Of a DNA stretch of 64,000 bases, positions 19,833-30,085 are shown piece after piece. The notes beneath the pieces are model-generated. The model worked only from the letters and a program-made list of their open reading frames with translations, ran no database searches and was not told the DNA's origin. The stretch spans positions 7,993 through 71,992 of the forward strand of contig LBWP01000002.1 of NCBI GenBank assembly GCA_000993685.1. The letters are read 5' to 3'. The position numbers and the translations under genes were made by a program. Each line of letters starts with the position of its first letter. The first letter of the stretch is position 1. This DNA is from Candidatus Woesebacteria bacterium GW2011_GWA1_39_21 (GTDB taxonomy: Bacteria > Patescibacteriota > Microgenomatia > UBA8517).

Positions 19833-22298
19833 TTATGGTACGGATGTTGAGGTTGTGTTGACTAAAGGATAGTTTATTTTTGCCGATTCGCTGGCAATCG
19901 GGCAATCAAGACACACTAATGTACCGAGCGGGTCGAGCAAAAATGGATGGTTTTGTGTTTCAATATTTTCCGGTGGTGTGTCTGGGAATGCTAACATTCC
20001 GGTAGTTTTGTCGATTTGCAGATCCCTTTGTCCTGACTCGACATTTGCGCCGATGTTATCTTTAAGAAAATATTCAAATCTAGTTGGACATCCAGGGTTA
20101 CTTTCATCGGCAGGGAGGTTTCCGGTTGTTGCACAAACGTTTCTTCCGACAACGTTATCGGGTTGCCCGGGCCAGGCGTGGCCGTCGTCTTGGTTATAGA
20201 AACCTTTTTCTGCCTTGTCGAGTGTGTATTTGATGATCTTATTCCAAATAGGTGAGGCTCCGGAAACGCCGGAGACAGCACCACTCATCGCGGAGTTGTC
20301 GTTATTGCCGACCCAGACGACAACAACAACCTGTGGAGTGTAACCAATTGTCCAGTTATCCCGTCGGTCGTTGGTTGTCCCGGTTTTTACAGAAACTTCC
20401 GGATGACCGTTTACAACTAAATATGAACTCGGTCCGAACGCAGCAACTCGCGCATTGTTGTCGTATAAAACGTGCGATATGAGAAAGGTTGCGTCTGGAT
20501 CCAATATCCTTTGTCCGTCAACGTCATTGGGATTGTTGTCCTCATAAATTTTTCCCTTCCAATCCGTTACCTTGAGTATCGGGTTAAGGGGAACTTTTAC
20601 GCCGGCATTGGCAAAGACGCCGAAAGAAACCGCCATGTCATACGGTTTCACTTCGCCACCACCGAGTGTTAGTGACAAACCATAATTTTTGGGATCGGTT
20701 AGTGTTGTTATTCCCATATTTGTGGCAAAATAAATAAAATTTTCAAGGCCGTTTAGCGCAAGTACCCGCACTGCGGGAACATTATAGGAATTCCCCAAAG
20801 AAAACCTCGGTTGTACTGCGCCATGGAAAGTTCCGTCATAATTGACAGGGCAATACTCTTTCTGCCCAAAAACGTTGAAACACGTTGGTACGTCCGCCAA
20901 CGGAGTTGAAAGTGTTATTTTTTTGTCTCTAAGAGCAAGCGCGTAATTTAGGGGTTTTATCGACGACCCGGGTTGTCGGTTGGCAAGAATGACATTGAAT
21001 TTTCCATCCTCGTCTTTGGCAAAATAATCTTTGGAGCCAACCATTGCCAATATCTCACCTGACTTGGGTCGTGTGACTAATACAGCGCCGTTTCTAACAT
21101 TTTGTTTTTTAAGTTTTGCCAATTCTGCCGAAACGGTAGCCTCTGCGTATTCCTGAAGATCCAAGTCTAGTGTTGTTATCACACGAAGGCCGCCTTGTTC
21201 GACAACGGCGTCACCGTACTTATCTGCAAGTAGTTCTTTTACCCAAAGGGAAAAATGGGGGGCTTTGAATTTTTCCGGCTCTGCATAGTTGAGTTTCTCT
21301 GAGTTTGCCTCGTCAGCTTGTCCACTTGATATTAACCCATCCTCGACCATCCGCCGCAGTACTAGCTCTTGTCGAGTCTTTGCAATTTCAGGATGGGCGC
21401 CGAAAGGAGAATATTTTGTCGGAGCAGCCGTAATTCCCGCTAGGAGAGCCGCCTCTGATAAAGTTAAATCTTTGGCTTCTTTATTAAAATAAAGTTCGGA
21501 AGCGGCACCGATGCCGTAGGCAGTTGACCCGTACGGTATTTGGTTGAAATACATGCTTAGGATTTGTTTTTTGGAATACATCGCCTCAACAAAAACTGTA
21601 ATAACAATCTCTCTTAATTTTCTCTTTATCGTACGGTCTGGAGTAAGGAGCGCGTTTTTGACCAACTGCTGCGTAAGGGTTGATCCGCCTTGTAGTTTTT
21701 GTTTAAAAACAGTGTTATATGCTGCGCGGGCAATTCCGGTTAGTGAGATGCCGTGGTGTTTATAGAAATCCTTGTCCTCGATAGAAATTGTTGCATCAAC
21801 AACATAAGACGGAAGGCTGTCAACATCAACCGGTGTGCTTCTTTTGTCGGTATAGATTTCATAGATGGGTTTTCCTGTTCGGTCATAAATTTTAGTTGAA
21901 ACGGGAACTTGGGTTTGCAACAGCTTGGTTGGAAGTGGAAGTCCCCAAAAAAGCCATGTAAAAAACACAACCGCTGCGGCAAGTACCAAGAAAAAAAGTG
22001 TGAAACGAAGCCTATTATTTGCAAGTGGCGATTTACCAGCTTTTTGATCTTTCCTTGGGTTTGGGCCTTTTCTTTTATAGAAAATCTTTAACGGAAGTTG
22101 ATATATATACTTAAGAAGATGATAGATGGAAAGAAAAAGGTACTTTCCAACTTTTTGGAAAACTGTCCAAAAAAAAGATGATAGCTTTTTAAGGGTGGAT
22201 GTTTTGGTTTTGGTTAAGTTTTCATCAACGATTTTTGTGTGTTCAACTAAGGCCTTTCTTTTCTTGAGAACTTTTTTGTTTTTCATTTTGATGGACAT
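19833..22298 (-). CDS. Class A penicillin-binding protein (GT51 + transpeptidase)
   Basis: EDKDFYKH, GGSTLTQQL, SSIK, SYN, KTGT motifs. Confidence 0.94.
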   Translation of the reverse strand: MSIKMKNKKVLKKRKALVEHTKIVDENLTKTKTSTLKKLSSFFWTVFQKVGKYLFLSIYHLLKYIYQLPLKIFYKRKGPNPRKDQKAGKSPLANNRLRFTLFFLVLAAAVVFFTWLFWGLPLPTKLLQTQVPVSTKIYDRTGKPIYEIYTDKRSTPVDVDSLPSYVVDATISIEDKDFYKHHGISLTGIARAAYNTVFKQKLQGGSTLTQQLVKNALLTPDRTIKRKLREIVITVFVEAMYSKKQILSMYFNQIPYGSTAYGIGAASELYFNKEAKDLTLSEAALLAGITAAPTKYSPFGAHPEIAKTRQELVLRRMVEDGLISSGQADEANSEKLNYAEPEKFKAPHFSLWVKELLADKYGDAVVEQGGLRVITTLDLDLQEYAEATVSAELAKLKKQNVRNGAVLVTRPKSGEILAMVGSKDYFAKDEDGKFNVILANRQPGSSIKPLNYALALRDKKITLSTPLADVPTCFNVFGQKEYCPVNYDGTFHGAVQPRFSLGNSYNVPAVRVLALNGLENFIYFATNMGITTLTDPKNYGLSLTLGGGEVKPYDMAVSFGVFANAGVKVPLNPILKVTDWKGKIYEDNNPNDVDGQRILDPDATFLISHVLYDNNARVAAFGPSSYLVVNGHPEVSVKTGTTNDRRDNWTIGYTPQVVVVVWVGNNDNSAMSGAVSGVSGASPIWNKIIKYTLDKAEKGFYNQDDGHAWPGQPDNVVGRNVCATTGNLPADESNPGCPTRFEYFLKDNIGANVESGQRDLQIDKTTGMLAFPDTPPENIETQNHPFLLDPLGTLVCLDCPIASESAKINYPLVNTTSTSVP

Positions 22299-22437
22299 GG
22301 CTTGCTAATTATATTATAAATGGTTGTTTTTCGTGTGTTTATGAATTGATATCCCAAGAAACTTAGAATTACCTAAAGTTTTAAATGGTGGTAAGGCCTT
22401 ACGATACTTCGGGTGGTTTATCTGTTATTATTAAATC

Positions 22438-22968
22438 ATGATTGATGATTTAGAAAAAAGGCCATGGTGGGGGTACATTCACGAGGATATCAAAGAACTT
22501 TTGATTCAGTCGCTTTTGCTTGTCGAAACTGCGGATAAATGGGAGGCTAAATTTACGGAAACTTTTGGGCGGGGCACTTTGAAGAAAGAGGGTTTCCATG
22601 ACTACGCCTTTATCGTTTTTCCCGCAGCTAAAGCATATGAAGGTTTTTTGAAAAAACTATTTTTAGATATGGGTTTTATCAGCCCAGAAGATTATTATGG
22701 AAAACATTTTAGGGTAGGCAAGGCACTGAACCCGTCTTTAGAAAAAGAACTACGCGAAAGAGAGGGTGTTTATGACAAAATTGTCCAATACTGCGGTGGA
22801 GAGGATCTTGCCGGAAAAATGTGGTTTTGTTGGAAGGAGTGCCGTAATCTTCTATTCCACTGGTTTCCCAATGAAAAAAACGCGATATCTCTTGTCGAGG
22901 CAAAAGAGAAAGTTAATTTGATTGTCGAGACAATCGACAGTGCGTTTGGAAGGTGTAATATTAAGTAA
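22438..22968 (+). CDS. HEPN-domain protein (RNase LS/RnlA C-terminal-like)
   Basis: DYAFIVFPAAKAYEGFLKK and Rx4H motif RNLLFH. Confidence 0.7.
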   Translation: MIDDLEKRPWWGYIHEDIKELLIQSLLLVETADKWEAKFTETFGRGTLKKEGFHDYAFIVFPAAKAYEGFLKKLFLDMGFISPEDYYGKHFRVGKALNPSLEKELREREGVYDKIVQYCGGEDLAGKMWFCWKECRNLLFHWFPNEKNAISLVEAKEKVNLIVETIDSAFGRCNIK

Positions 22969-22985
22969 TTGAGCTTCAAACACAT

Positions 22986-23642
22986 ATGAAAAAAAAGCCT
23001 GACGGGAGAAGAATTTCTTTGAAAGTACCTCTTTTATATTTTCTTTATTTGTTTATCGGTTGGTCGATTTATCGGATAGGTTTCAAATTTTCTGACTCCT
23101 TAGAGGAGCTTTATATCAAACCGATTATTTGGCTTTTGCCGTTTTTATATTTAATTCCTAAAGAAAAACTAAAGATTGCAGATTTGGGAATCACTGTAAA
23201 AAATTTTTTTCCGTCGATTTATTTATCCTTGGCTTTGGGAGTCGGTTTTGCTTTTCTTGGGATAATTGCAAATATGGCGAAATATGGAGGGATTGATTTT
23301 GGCGCGAATATCGGTTCGGGTTTCTTTGCTACAGCGCTTTTTATTTCCTTTGCTACATCGGTTACAGAGGAGTTTGTTTTTAGGGGATATCTTTTAGGGC
23401 GGCTTATGAGGAAATTTGATGAATGGATGTCTGTTGCGCTTGCAACCGTTTTATGGACAGCAATTCATGTCCCAATAATATTTTTTGTTTGGGGGATAAG
23501 CGGGATGCAAATTGCCGTGTATCTGGGTTTAACTTTTATTTACGGACTTGGAGCTTCGGTTGTGTTTGTCAGGACCAAAAATCTGGTTGCGCCGACTCTT
23601 CTGCATGTCCTTTGGGAATGGCCGGTTATTTTATTTAGATAG
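22986..23642 (+). CDS. CPBP/CAAX (Abi) intramembrane protease
   Basis: EEFVFRG, AIH, LH motifs; multi-TM. Confidence 0.88.
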   Translation: MKKKPDGRRISLKVPLLYFLYLFIGWSIYRIGFKFSDSLEELYIKPIIWLLPFLYLIPKEKLKIADLGITVKNFFPSIYLSLALGVGFAFLGIIANMAKYGGIDFGANIGSGFFATALFISFATSVTEEFVFRGYLLGRLMRKFDEWMSVALATVLWTAIHVPIIFFVWGISGMQIAVYLGLTFIYGLGASVVFVRTKNLVAPTLLHVLWEWPVILFR

Positions 23643-23700
23643 AAAACTTACGGGTAATTAGTTTAGAGACACACCAAGTCCTTTTCGGATTTGAATATAA

Positions 23701-23952
23701 TCCCCCCTGGAAAACCCTGCGAGCTTTTTCCGTAGCCTTGAAGTTGTTAAGGAAATTCTCACAAGTAGTAACCCCGACAGCATTGCTATTGAAGCAGGTT
23801 TGAGTAAGAAACAATGGGAATGTATATCTTACTATTTGGATGACCCGAATTTTTATAGTATTTCCGAACAATTGGGAACAGGAAGAGCTAATATTTATCA
23901 GTATTTAGGACTCGGATTTGCGAAACTGGAAAAGAGGAGAAGGGGAAAATGA
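23701..23952 (+). pseudogene. Sigma70 region-4-like HTH frame lacking a canonical start
   Basis: 83 open codons ..LSKKQWECISYYL..YSISEQLGTGRANIYQYLGLGFAKL..; stop at 23698, only CTG (23707) or TTG (23800) starts. Confidence 0.45.
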
Positions 23953-23992
23953 TTTGATTTCAGGTATAAATTCGAGTATATTTAATCTCACT

Positions 23993-24616
23993 ATGCTCCG
24001 GAAGATCTTAGTTTCCTCGGCCGTCTTTCTATTTGCTTTGGCAATTCTTTTTATTTCGGTGTTAAGAACTGCCGCAGTCAGATATGAAACAAATGGGGTG
24101 AAGTCTGAAAGGGTCCTGTCTGATAGCGTTAGTATTGATTATAATCTTGCATACCCGGGTAAAATTCTTCCAGATAGCTTTTTGTGGCCACTAAAGGCAG
24201 TTAGAGACAAAATCTGGCTTTTGACAACAACTGATAAATTGAAGAAAAATGAAATTGAAATTTTGTTTGCAGACAAGCGCTTGGGGGGAGCGGTCACTCT
24301 TTTTGAAAATGGAAAAAATGAGATTGCGATTTCAACATTGACGAAAGCGGAAAAATATTTGGAGGAGGCTTCTTTGACAGAGGAAAGGTTGAGATTAAGT
24401 GGCGTTGCACAGTCCGATGAGGTTTGTCTTAGGCTTGCGAACGCTTCACTGAAACACTACGAAGTTTTGAAAAGGTTGGAAGACAAGGTTCCTGATGATG
24501 TGCGACCGATAATTATATCTTCAGAACAAATACCTATAAAAGCTTACGAAAGGGCAAGGAATGCTCTACTTTCGAAGGGTATCACTCCACCGAACAACCC
24601 GTTTAAATGGGACTAA
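23993..24616 (+). CDS. DUF5667-like helical protein with signal/TM
   Basis: LAYPGKILPDSFLWPLKAVRD..FADKRL. Confidence 0.7.
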   Translation: MLRKILVSSAVFLFALAILFISVLRTAAVRYETNGVKSERVLSDSVSIDYNLAYPGKILPDSFLWPLKAVRDKIWLLTTTDKLKKNEIEILFADKRLGGAVTLFENGKNEIAISTLTKAEKYLEEASLTEERLRLSGVAQSDEVCLRLANASLKHYEVLKRLEDKVPDDVRPIIISSEQIPIKAYERARNALLSKGITPPNNPFKWD

Positions 24617-24836
24617 GTTGAATTATTGAGGAAATCTCCGTGGATATAGAAGGTATCCGAAGAATAAACTTATAATAATTCTTAACTGATTTTCGGCAAT
24701 TAAAAAACCGCGCAGCTTCATTTCGTGCGCGGGGTGGTTTATTTTGATGTAGTTTCTTATAGTTGACTTGATGCAGGTAGCGTAAGAATATCTTTTCAGC
24801 ACTAGCGGTAGTATACTTTCTTTTCATTCATGAAAT

Positions 24837-25277
24837 ATGCGATGTCCTTTTTGTAGAGCGGCGAATACACAAGTTTTGGAGTCGAGAACGGTTGACGATG
24901 GCAGGTCATTACGAAGAAGACGGGAATGCTTAAAATGTAAAAAGCGTTTTACGACCTACGAAAAAGTTGGGGGATCTGCACTTTGGGTTGTCAAAAAGGA
25001 TGGTAGACGCGAGCCCTTTGATAGAGAAAAAGTAAAAAGAGGAGTTTTGCGGGCGGTTGAAAAAAGACCGGTTTCGATGGACTTTGTTAACGATTTGGTG
25101 GACCGGGTCGAGCGAGAAATGATGCGCAAGGAAAAAGAGGAGGTCTCAAGTAAGGCAATCGGTAAATCAGTGCTTAAGCGACTGAAAAGAATAGATAAAG
25201 TAGCGTGGTTGCGATTTGCAAGCGTCTATTTGCAATTTGAGGATTTGGAAGATTTCGCCAAAGCAATTAAGGAATAA
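24837..25277 (+). CDS. nrdR: Transcriptional repressor NrdR
   Basis: MRCPFC, RRRRECLKC, RFTTYE, ATP-cone, RFASVY. Confidence 0.97.
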   Translation: MRCPFCRAANTQVLESRTVDDGRSLRRRRECLKCKKRFTTYEKVGGSALWVVKKDGRREPFDREKVKRGVLRAVEKRPVSMDFVNDLVDRVEREMMRKEKEEVSSKAIGKSVLKRLKRIDKVAWLRFASVYLQFEDLEDFAKAIKE

Positions 25278-25324
25278 ATTTACAGCAACAAAGTTAAGAT
25301 GTGGTTTCGTAAATTACAATACTT

Positions 25325-27733
25325 ATGAAGGCAACAGAGTTTGATTACACTACCAAAACGCAATTGTCAGGAATAAGACAGAAACTATTTCTTGATCGTT
25401 ATTCGTTAAAAAACGAGAATGGTGAGCCGATCGAAAAATACCCTGAACATATGTGGAAGCGAGTGGCAGAGGCTTTGGCGGCAGTTGAAAAAACTTCAAA
25501 ATTGCGAAAAGTATGGGCGGATAAGTTTTATACATCAATGTTGGAATTCAAACTTTGTCCGGCGGGAAGATTTTTGACTTCAGCTGGGACAGGTACTGAT
25601 ACGACGATGATCAACTGTTATGTTCTTCCAAATCCTGAAGACACAAGAACGGGAATTATCAAAACTTTAGAATATGTTACGGAAATTTCTGCAAGAGGTG
25701 GTGGGGTTGGCTTTAATCTTTCGTCGCTGCGTCCCAGGGGTTCCTATCTAAAATCTGTTAATGGGACATCGTCGGGTGCGGTCTCTTGGGCAAATCTCTA
25801 TTCTGTGGCGGCACACGACATTATTCAACAGGGTGGAACAAGGCGGGGAGCTTTGATGTTGATGCTTTGGGATTGGCACCCCGATGTTGAGGAATTTATT
25901 ACCGTTAAAAGGGAGCAGGGGAAAATTCTTGGCGCCAATTTAAGCGTTTGTGTTTCCGACGAATTTATGAAGGCGTTAAAGGAAGATAAAGATTGGGATC
26001 TAAAGTTTCCAGATACAGATTTTGAAAAGTATCGCAGTGACTGGCATGGTGACATTAAGGGTTGGGAAAAGAAAGGTTATCCGGTCAAAGTTTATAAAAC
26101 GATCAGGGCTGTTGAGCTTTGGAATTTAATCTGTGATTCCGCTTGGGCGTCGGCAGAGCCGGGTATTGTCTTTTTGGATTTAGGAAATAGGATGAATAAC
26201 ACTTGGTATTTTGAAGAAAACATTTCAACAAATCCCTGCGGTGAACAACACTTGCCCGCGTGGGGCGTTTGCAATTTAAGCTCAATCAATTTATCGACTT
26301 TGGTTAAAGACGGGACGTTTGATTTCGACGAGTTTGGAAAAGTTATAAGAGTCGGCGTCAGATTTTTAGATAATGCTGTTGATACGGAGAACTATTTATA
26401 TTCGGAAATTAAAGAAGTACAGGAGAAAGAAAGAAGAATTGGTTTGGGAACTATCGGGCTAGCAGACGCACTGATTAAAATGAAGATTCGTTACGGTTCG
26501 CAAGAGTCTCACGCCTTTATTGAAAAGACCTTTAAGATGCTTCGTGATGTCGCATACGAGGAATCGATTTCTTTGGCAAAAGAGAAGGGCTCCTTCCCAC
26601 AGTTTATCGCAAATAAGTTTTTGTACAGCGGTTTTATAAAAACTTTGCCGAAAAGCATCAAGGACGGGATCAAAAAGTGGGGGATAAGAAACGCTTTAGT
26701 TTTAACCGAGGCGCCGACAGGTAAAATTTCTCTTTTGGCGGGTGCGTCGTCAGGCATTGAACCTGTCTTTTCGTTTTCTTACACCCAAAAAGATCGTTTG
26801 GGCGAAAGAACAATGTATCATCCTTTGTATCAAGAATGGGTCGATAAACATCCGGATGAGAAAATTCCTGATTATTTTGTTACAGCAGACGATCTGTCGC
26901 CTGAAGAACATATTAACGTTCAAGCCTTAATTCAAAAATACACGGATTCGTCGATTAGTAAAACGGTGAACGCCCCAAAGACACACTCGGTTTCTGATGT
27001 TAAAAAACTCTACCTTTTAGCCTATGAGAAAGGGTGTAAAGGTATTTCCTATATGCGCGAGGGTTCGCGTGAGGGGACGCTTGTTCGAGGTAGTAGCGAG
27101 GCGAAAAAAGAAACTGAAGAAGCAAAGAAAACTGAAGAGCAAAAAGCCAGTGTTTGGGTTAGACCAATTAAAATATCTGGATCCACCTATAGGTTAAAGA
27201 CCCCTGTGGGAACAGCTTTTATTACTGTAAATCATGACGAAACAGACTCTCCTGTTGAGACTTTCATTAACATCGGACGCGCCGGAAGCGATGTCCAAGC
27301 AATGGCGGAGGCGCTGGGTCGCGTGATTTCAAAGTCGTTGAAAATGGGAAGTAATTTGACAGGTAAAGAGAGGGCGATTTTAATGATCGAACAACTTCAG
27401 GGAATTGGTGGTTCAAGAAGTGTTGGTTTTGGTGCCGAACGAATTCTTTCACTCCCCGATGCAATCGCCAAAGCACTTTCTTTAGATATGGGACTTTTGC
27501 CACAGAAGCAAATGGAGATTCCTGTTCAGGAAAAATTGTTAAGCAATGGCCACACTAATGGTGTAGTTCACACGAACGGAGAGGTTGCCATATCTGAAAG
27601 CGTTGAAGATTCTGGAGACCAACTGTCGTTTTTGGCGAAGCATGCCGACTTTTGCCCGTCGTGTGGAAATGCCACGCTCGTTCACGAGATGGGTTGTAAA
27701 ACTTGCCATGGGTGTGGCTATTCTGAATGTTGA
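25325..27733 (+). CDS. nrdJ: Class II (B12-dependent) ribonucleotide reductase, paralog 1, with C-terminal TSCPD-like domain
   Basis: NCYV, QQGGTRRGA, TNPCGEQ, CNLSS, APTG, SSGIEP, C-terminal CPSC..CHGCGYSEC. Confidence 0.93.
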   Translation: MKATEFDYTTKTQLSGIRQKLFLDRYSLKNENGEPIEKYPEHMWKRVAEALAAVEKTSKLRKVWADKFYTSMLEFKLCPAGRFLTSAGTGTDTTMINCYVLPNPEDTRTGIIKTLEYVTEISARGGGVGFNLSSLRPRGSYLKSVNGTSSGAVSWANLYSVAAHDIIQQGGTRRGALMLMLWDWHPDVEEFITVKREQGKILGANLSVCVSDEFMKALKEDKDWDLKFPDTDFEKYRSDWHGDIKGWEKKGYPVKVYKTIRAVELWNLICDSAWASAEPGIVFLDLGNRMNNTWYFEENISTNPCGEQHLPAWGVCNLSSINLSTLVKDGTFDFDEFGKVIRVGVRFLDNAVDTENYLYSEIKEVQEKERRIGLGTIGLADALIKMKIRYGSQESHAFIEKTFKMLRDVAYEESISLAKEKGSFPQFIANKFLYSGFIKTLPKSIKDGIKKWGIRNALVLTEAPTGKISLLAGASSGIEPVFSFSYTQKDRLGERTMYHPLYQEWVDKHPDEKIPDYFVTADDLSPEEHINVQALIQKYTDSSISKTVNAPKTHSVSDVKKLYLLAYEKGCKGISYMREGSREGTLVRGSSEAKKETEEAKKTEEQKASVWVRPIKISGSTYRLKTPVGTAFITVNHDETDSPVETFINIGRAGSDVQAMAEALGRVISKSLKMGSNLTGKERAILMIEQLQGIGGSRSVGFGAERILSLPDAIAKALSLDMGLLPQKQMEIPVQEKLLSNGHTNGVVHTNGEVAISESVEDSGDQLSFLAKHADFCPSCGNATLVHEMGCKTCHGCGYSEC

Positions 27734-27742
27734 TATTTAAAA

Positions 27743-30064
27743 ATGAAAATTAGAAACGGCAAGGAACCAAAGACTAATATTTTTTCTCCAAAGTTAACCA
27801 ACAAACAAATTGCCTTAAAACCGGTAAAGTTTGAACTATATCGAAACAGAATCGGTAATTTGGATCTGTTGGTTACCAACGTTATCAAATCTTCGGGTAA
27901 GAAGGAACCTTTCAATCTGGAAAAAATCGAAAGAAGTATTTATTTTGCAGGAAGAGATACCGATGCTTATGGGAAAAAAGAAGCGCGAGAAATTTTGAAA
28001 AAGGTTTACATTGTACTTTCTCAAGTAAAGAGAAAGGTTATCACAACGGAAGGTGTTCGTCGGATAGTTGAGCCGATAATTGCCCAAGCGGGATACTTTG
28101 AAACAGCAAAATACTACATTCTCTTTAAAGAGCGCAAAGAGCAGTCGAAAAAAAGTGATTTCAAAATTTGGGAGCCAAAAATGACGGAAAATGCAAAAAC
28201 GGCCCTTGTTTCCCGTTGTGCGAAATTGGACGATGGTGGAAAGCCTTGTGAGACACCGGGACAAATTTTTTGGAGGGTGGCGAAACACATTGCAAAAGCC
28301 GAAATCAATTGGGGAGATGAAAGGGATGTGGATAAGGTTGCGCAAACTTTTTTCAAAAAGATGGTGGATTTTAAATTTATCTGCACGACGAGTGCAATGT
28401 ATGAAGCGGGTAACGAAGCTTGTATGCAGCAGTTGTCTCCCTGTTTTGTTTTAAAGATCGAAGACTCAATACCCAAGATTTTTCAGACACTCGGTGAGGC
28501 GGCGCTTATTCAAAAGAATTTTGGCGGAACGGGTTTTAATTTCAGTCAGATCAGATTTAGAGGCGACAAAGTGAGAAACGTTCCCAAAGCTGCCTCGGGA
28601 CCAGTTGATTTTTTACAAGTATATAGCGCTGCCTTGTCAAAAATTATGCAGGGATCCAAAAAGCACGGCGGAAATATGGGGATACTAAATATTGATCATC
28701 CGGACGTTGAAGAATTTATCAAGGTTAAAGACGAAGACGGTAATATGAAGAATTTTAATATTTCCGTTGGTGCAACGAATGAGTTTATGGATGCAGTTAT
28801 TGCGGACAAGAAATTTTCCCTAAAAAACCCGCGCGACGACAGTGTTGTTAAAAGTATTTCGGCCAAAAAACTGTTTCATGAAATTTGTGAGCATGCTTGG
28901 AAAACGGGAGATCCGGGAATGATATTTTTAGATCGGATGGAGGAGGATAATTATACCCCGACACTTGGTGTTCTAAACGCGACCAATCCTTGTGGTGAGC
29001 AACCGCTTCTTCCCTACGAATCGTGCAATCTCTCTTCGCTTCACCTGGCGAACCATCTCGTTAAAAAGAATGGTAAGTGGGAGGTTGATTGGGATGATTT
29101 GGGCGAGACGGTAAAGACACTCGTTCTCTTTTTGGACAATATGATTGAAACGAACAAGTATGTTTTACCGGAAACGGAGAAAATGGTCAAATACGGAAAT
29201 AGAAAAATTGGACTTGGCGTAATTGGTTTTGGTGAAACTCTTTTTAAACTCGGTATTGCCTATAATGGCCCTGAAGGTGTGAGAATTGCCGATAAAGTGG
29301 CAAAATTTATTAAAGCAAAGGCTGAAGAAGCTTCGCTCGAATTGGCCAGGGTCCGTGGAGTTTTCCCCAATTGGGATATTTCAACTTATAAAGGTACGGC
29401 AGAAAAATATAGAAATTGTACAATGATGACGATTGCCCCAACAGGAACGGTTTCGATGATTGGTGACACTACGTCAGGTATTGAGCCGTCTTTTGCTTTG
29501 GTTTATGTACGCCATTCGTTTTACAACGAAGATAAAAATAATAATTCCACAAGGCAGCTTTACTATGTTGATAAAAATTTTGAAAAGGTCTTGTTAGACA
29601 GGGGTGTATATTCGAAAGGGCTGATCCAAAAAGTAGCAGAGAATCATGGGTCGGTGCATGATTTGAAGGAAATTCCGAGTGAAATTCGTAAGGTATTTGT
29701 GACGACTCACGACATTCACCCGCAATGGCATGTTAAGATTCAAGCAGCTTTTCAAAAATATACCGACAATGCGGTTTCAAAGACAATTAATTTTTCCAAC
29801 GACGCCACAATTTCCGACATTGAAGATGCGTACATGTTAGCCTGGAAATTGGGATGTAAGGGAATAACAATTTATCGTGACGGGAGCAAGGAGGATCAGG
29901 TCTTGAATGCCGGGAGTGTAAAAGTTGCCGGTGAGAAGGTAAAAACAGCGGAATCAGAAGCTGAATTTGCGGAAAAAGAGTGTCCGGAATGTAGTGGGGT
30001 CTTGGAGTTTGAGGGTGGATGCGTAAGTTGCAAAGAATGTGGTTGGAGCGAATGTAAACTTTGA
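27743..30064 (+). CDS. nrdJ: Class II ribonucleotide reductase, paralog 2, with ATP-cone
   Basis: ATP-cone VIKSSGKKEPF, SPCFV, TNPCGEQ, ESCNL, TIAPTGT, C-terminal CPEC..CKECGWSEC. Confidence 0.92.
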   Translation: MKIRNGKEPKTNIFSPKLTNKQIALKPVKFELYRNRIGNLDLLVTNVIKSSGKKEPFNLEKIERSIYFAGRDTDAYGKKEAREILKKVYIVLSQVKRKVITTEGVRRIVEPIIAQAGYFETAKYYILFKERKEQSKKSDFKIWEPKMTENAKTALVSRCAKLDDGGKPCETPGQIFWRVAKHIAKAEINWGDERDVDKVAQTFFKKMVDFKFICTTSAMYEAGNEACMQQLSPCFVLKIEDSIPKIFQTLGEAALIQKNFGGTGFNFSQIRFRGDKVRNVPKAASGPVDFLQVYSAALSKIMQGSKKHGGNMGILNIDHPDVEEFIKVKDEDGNMKNFNISVGATNEFMDAVIADKKFSLKNPRDDSVVKSISAKKLFHEICEHAWKTGDPGMIFLDRMEEDNYTPTLGVLNATNPCGEQPLLPYESCNLSSLHLANHLVKKNGKWEVDWDDLGETVKTLVLFLDNMIETNKYVLPETEKMVKYGNRKIGLGVIGFGETLFKLGIAYNGPEGVRIADKVAKFIKAKAEEASLELARVRGVFPNWDISTYKGTAEKYRNCTMMTIAPTGTVSMIGDTTSGIEPSFALVYVRHSFYNEDKNNNSTRQLYYVDKNFEKVLLDRGVYSKGLIQKVAENHGSVHDLKEIPSEIRKVFVTTHDIHPQWHVKIQAAFQKYTDNAVSKTINFSNDATISDIEDAYMLAWKLGCKGITIYRDGSKEDQVLNAGSVKVAGEKVKTAESEAEFAEKECPECSGVLEFEGGCVSCKECGWSECKL

Positions 30065-30085
30065 CCGAATAAAACCAATCCTGTT

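Noticed and set aside
24799-24814. NrdR box candidate GCACTAGCGGTAGTAT (also 25293-25308)
   Set aside because: Only outer arms or a half-site match; no tandem pair
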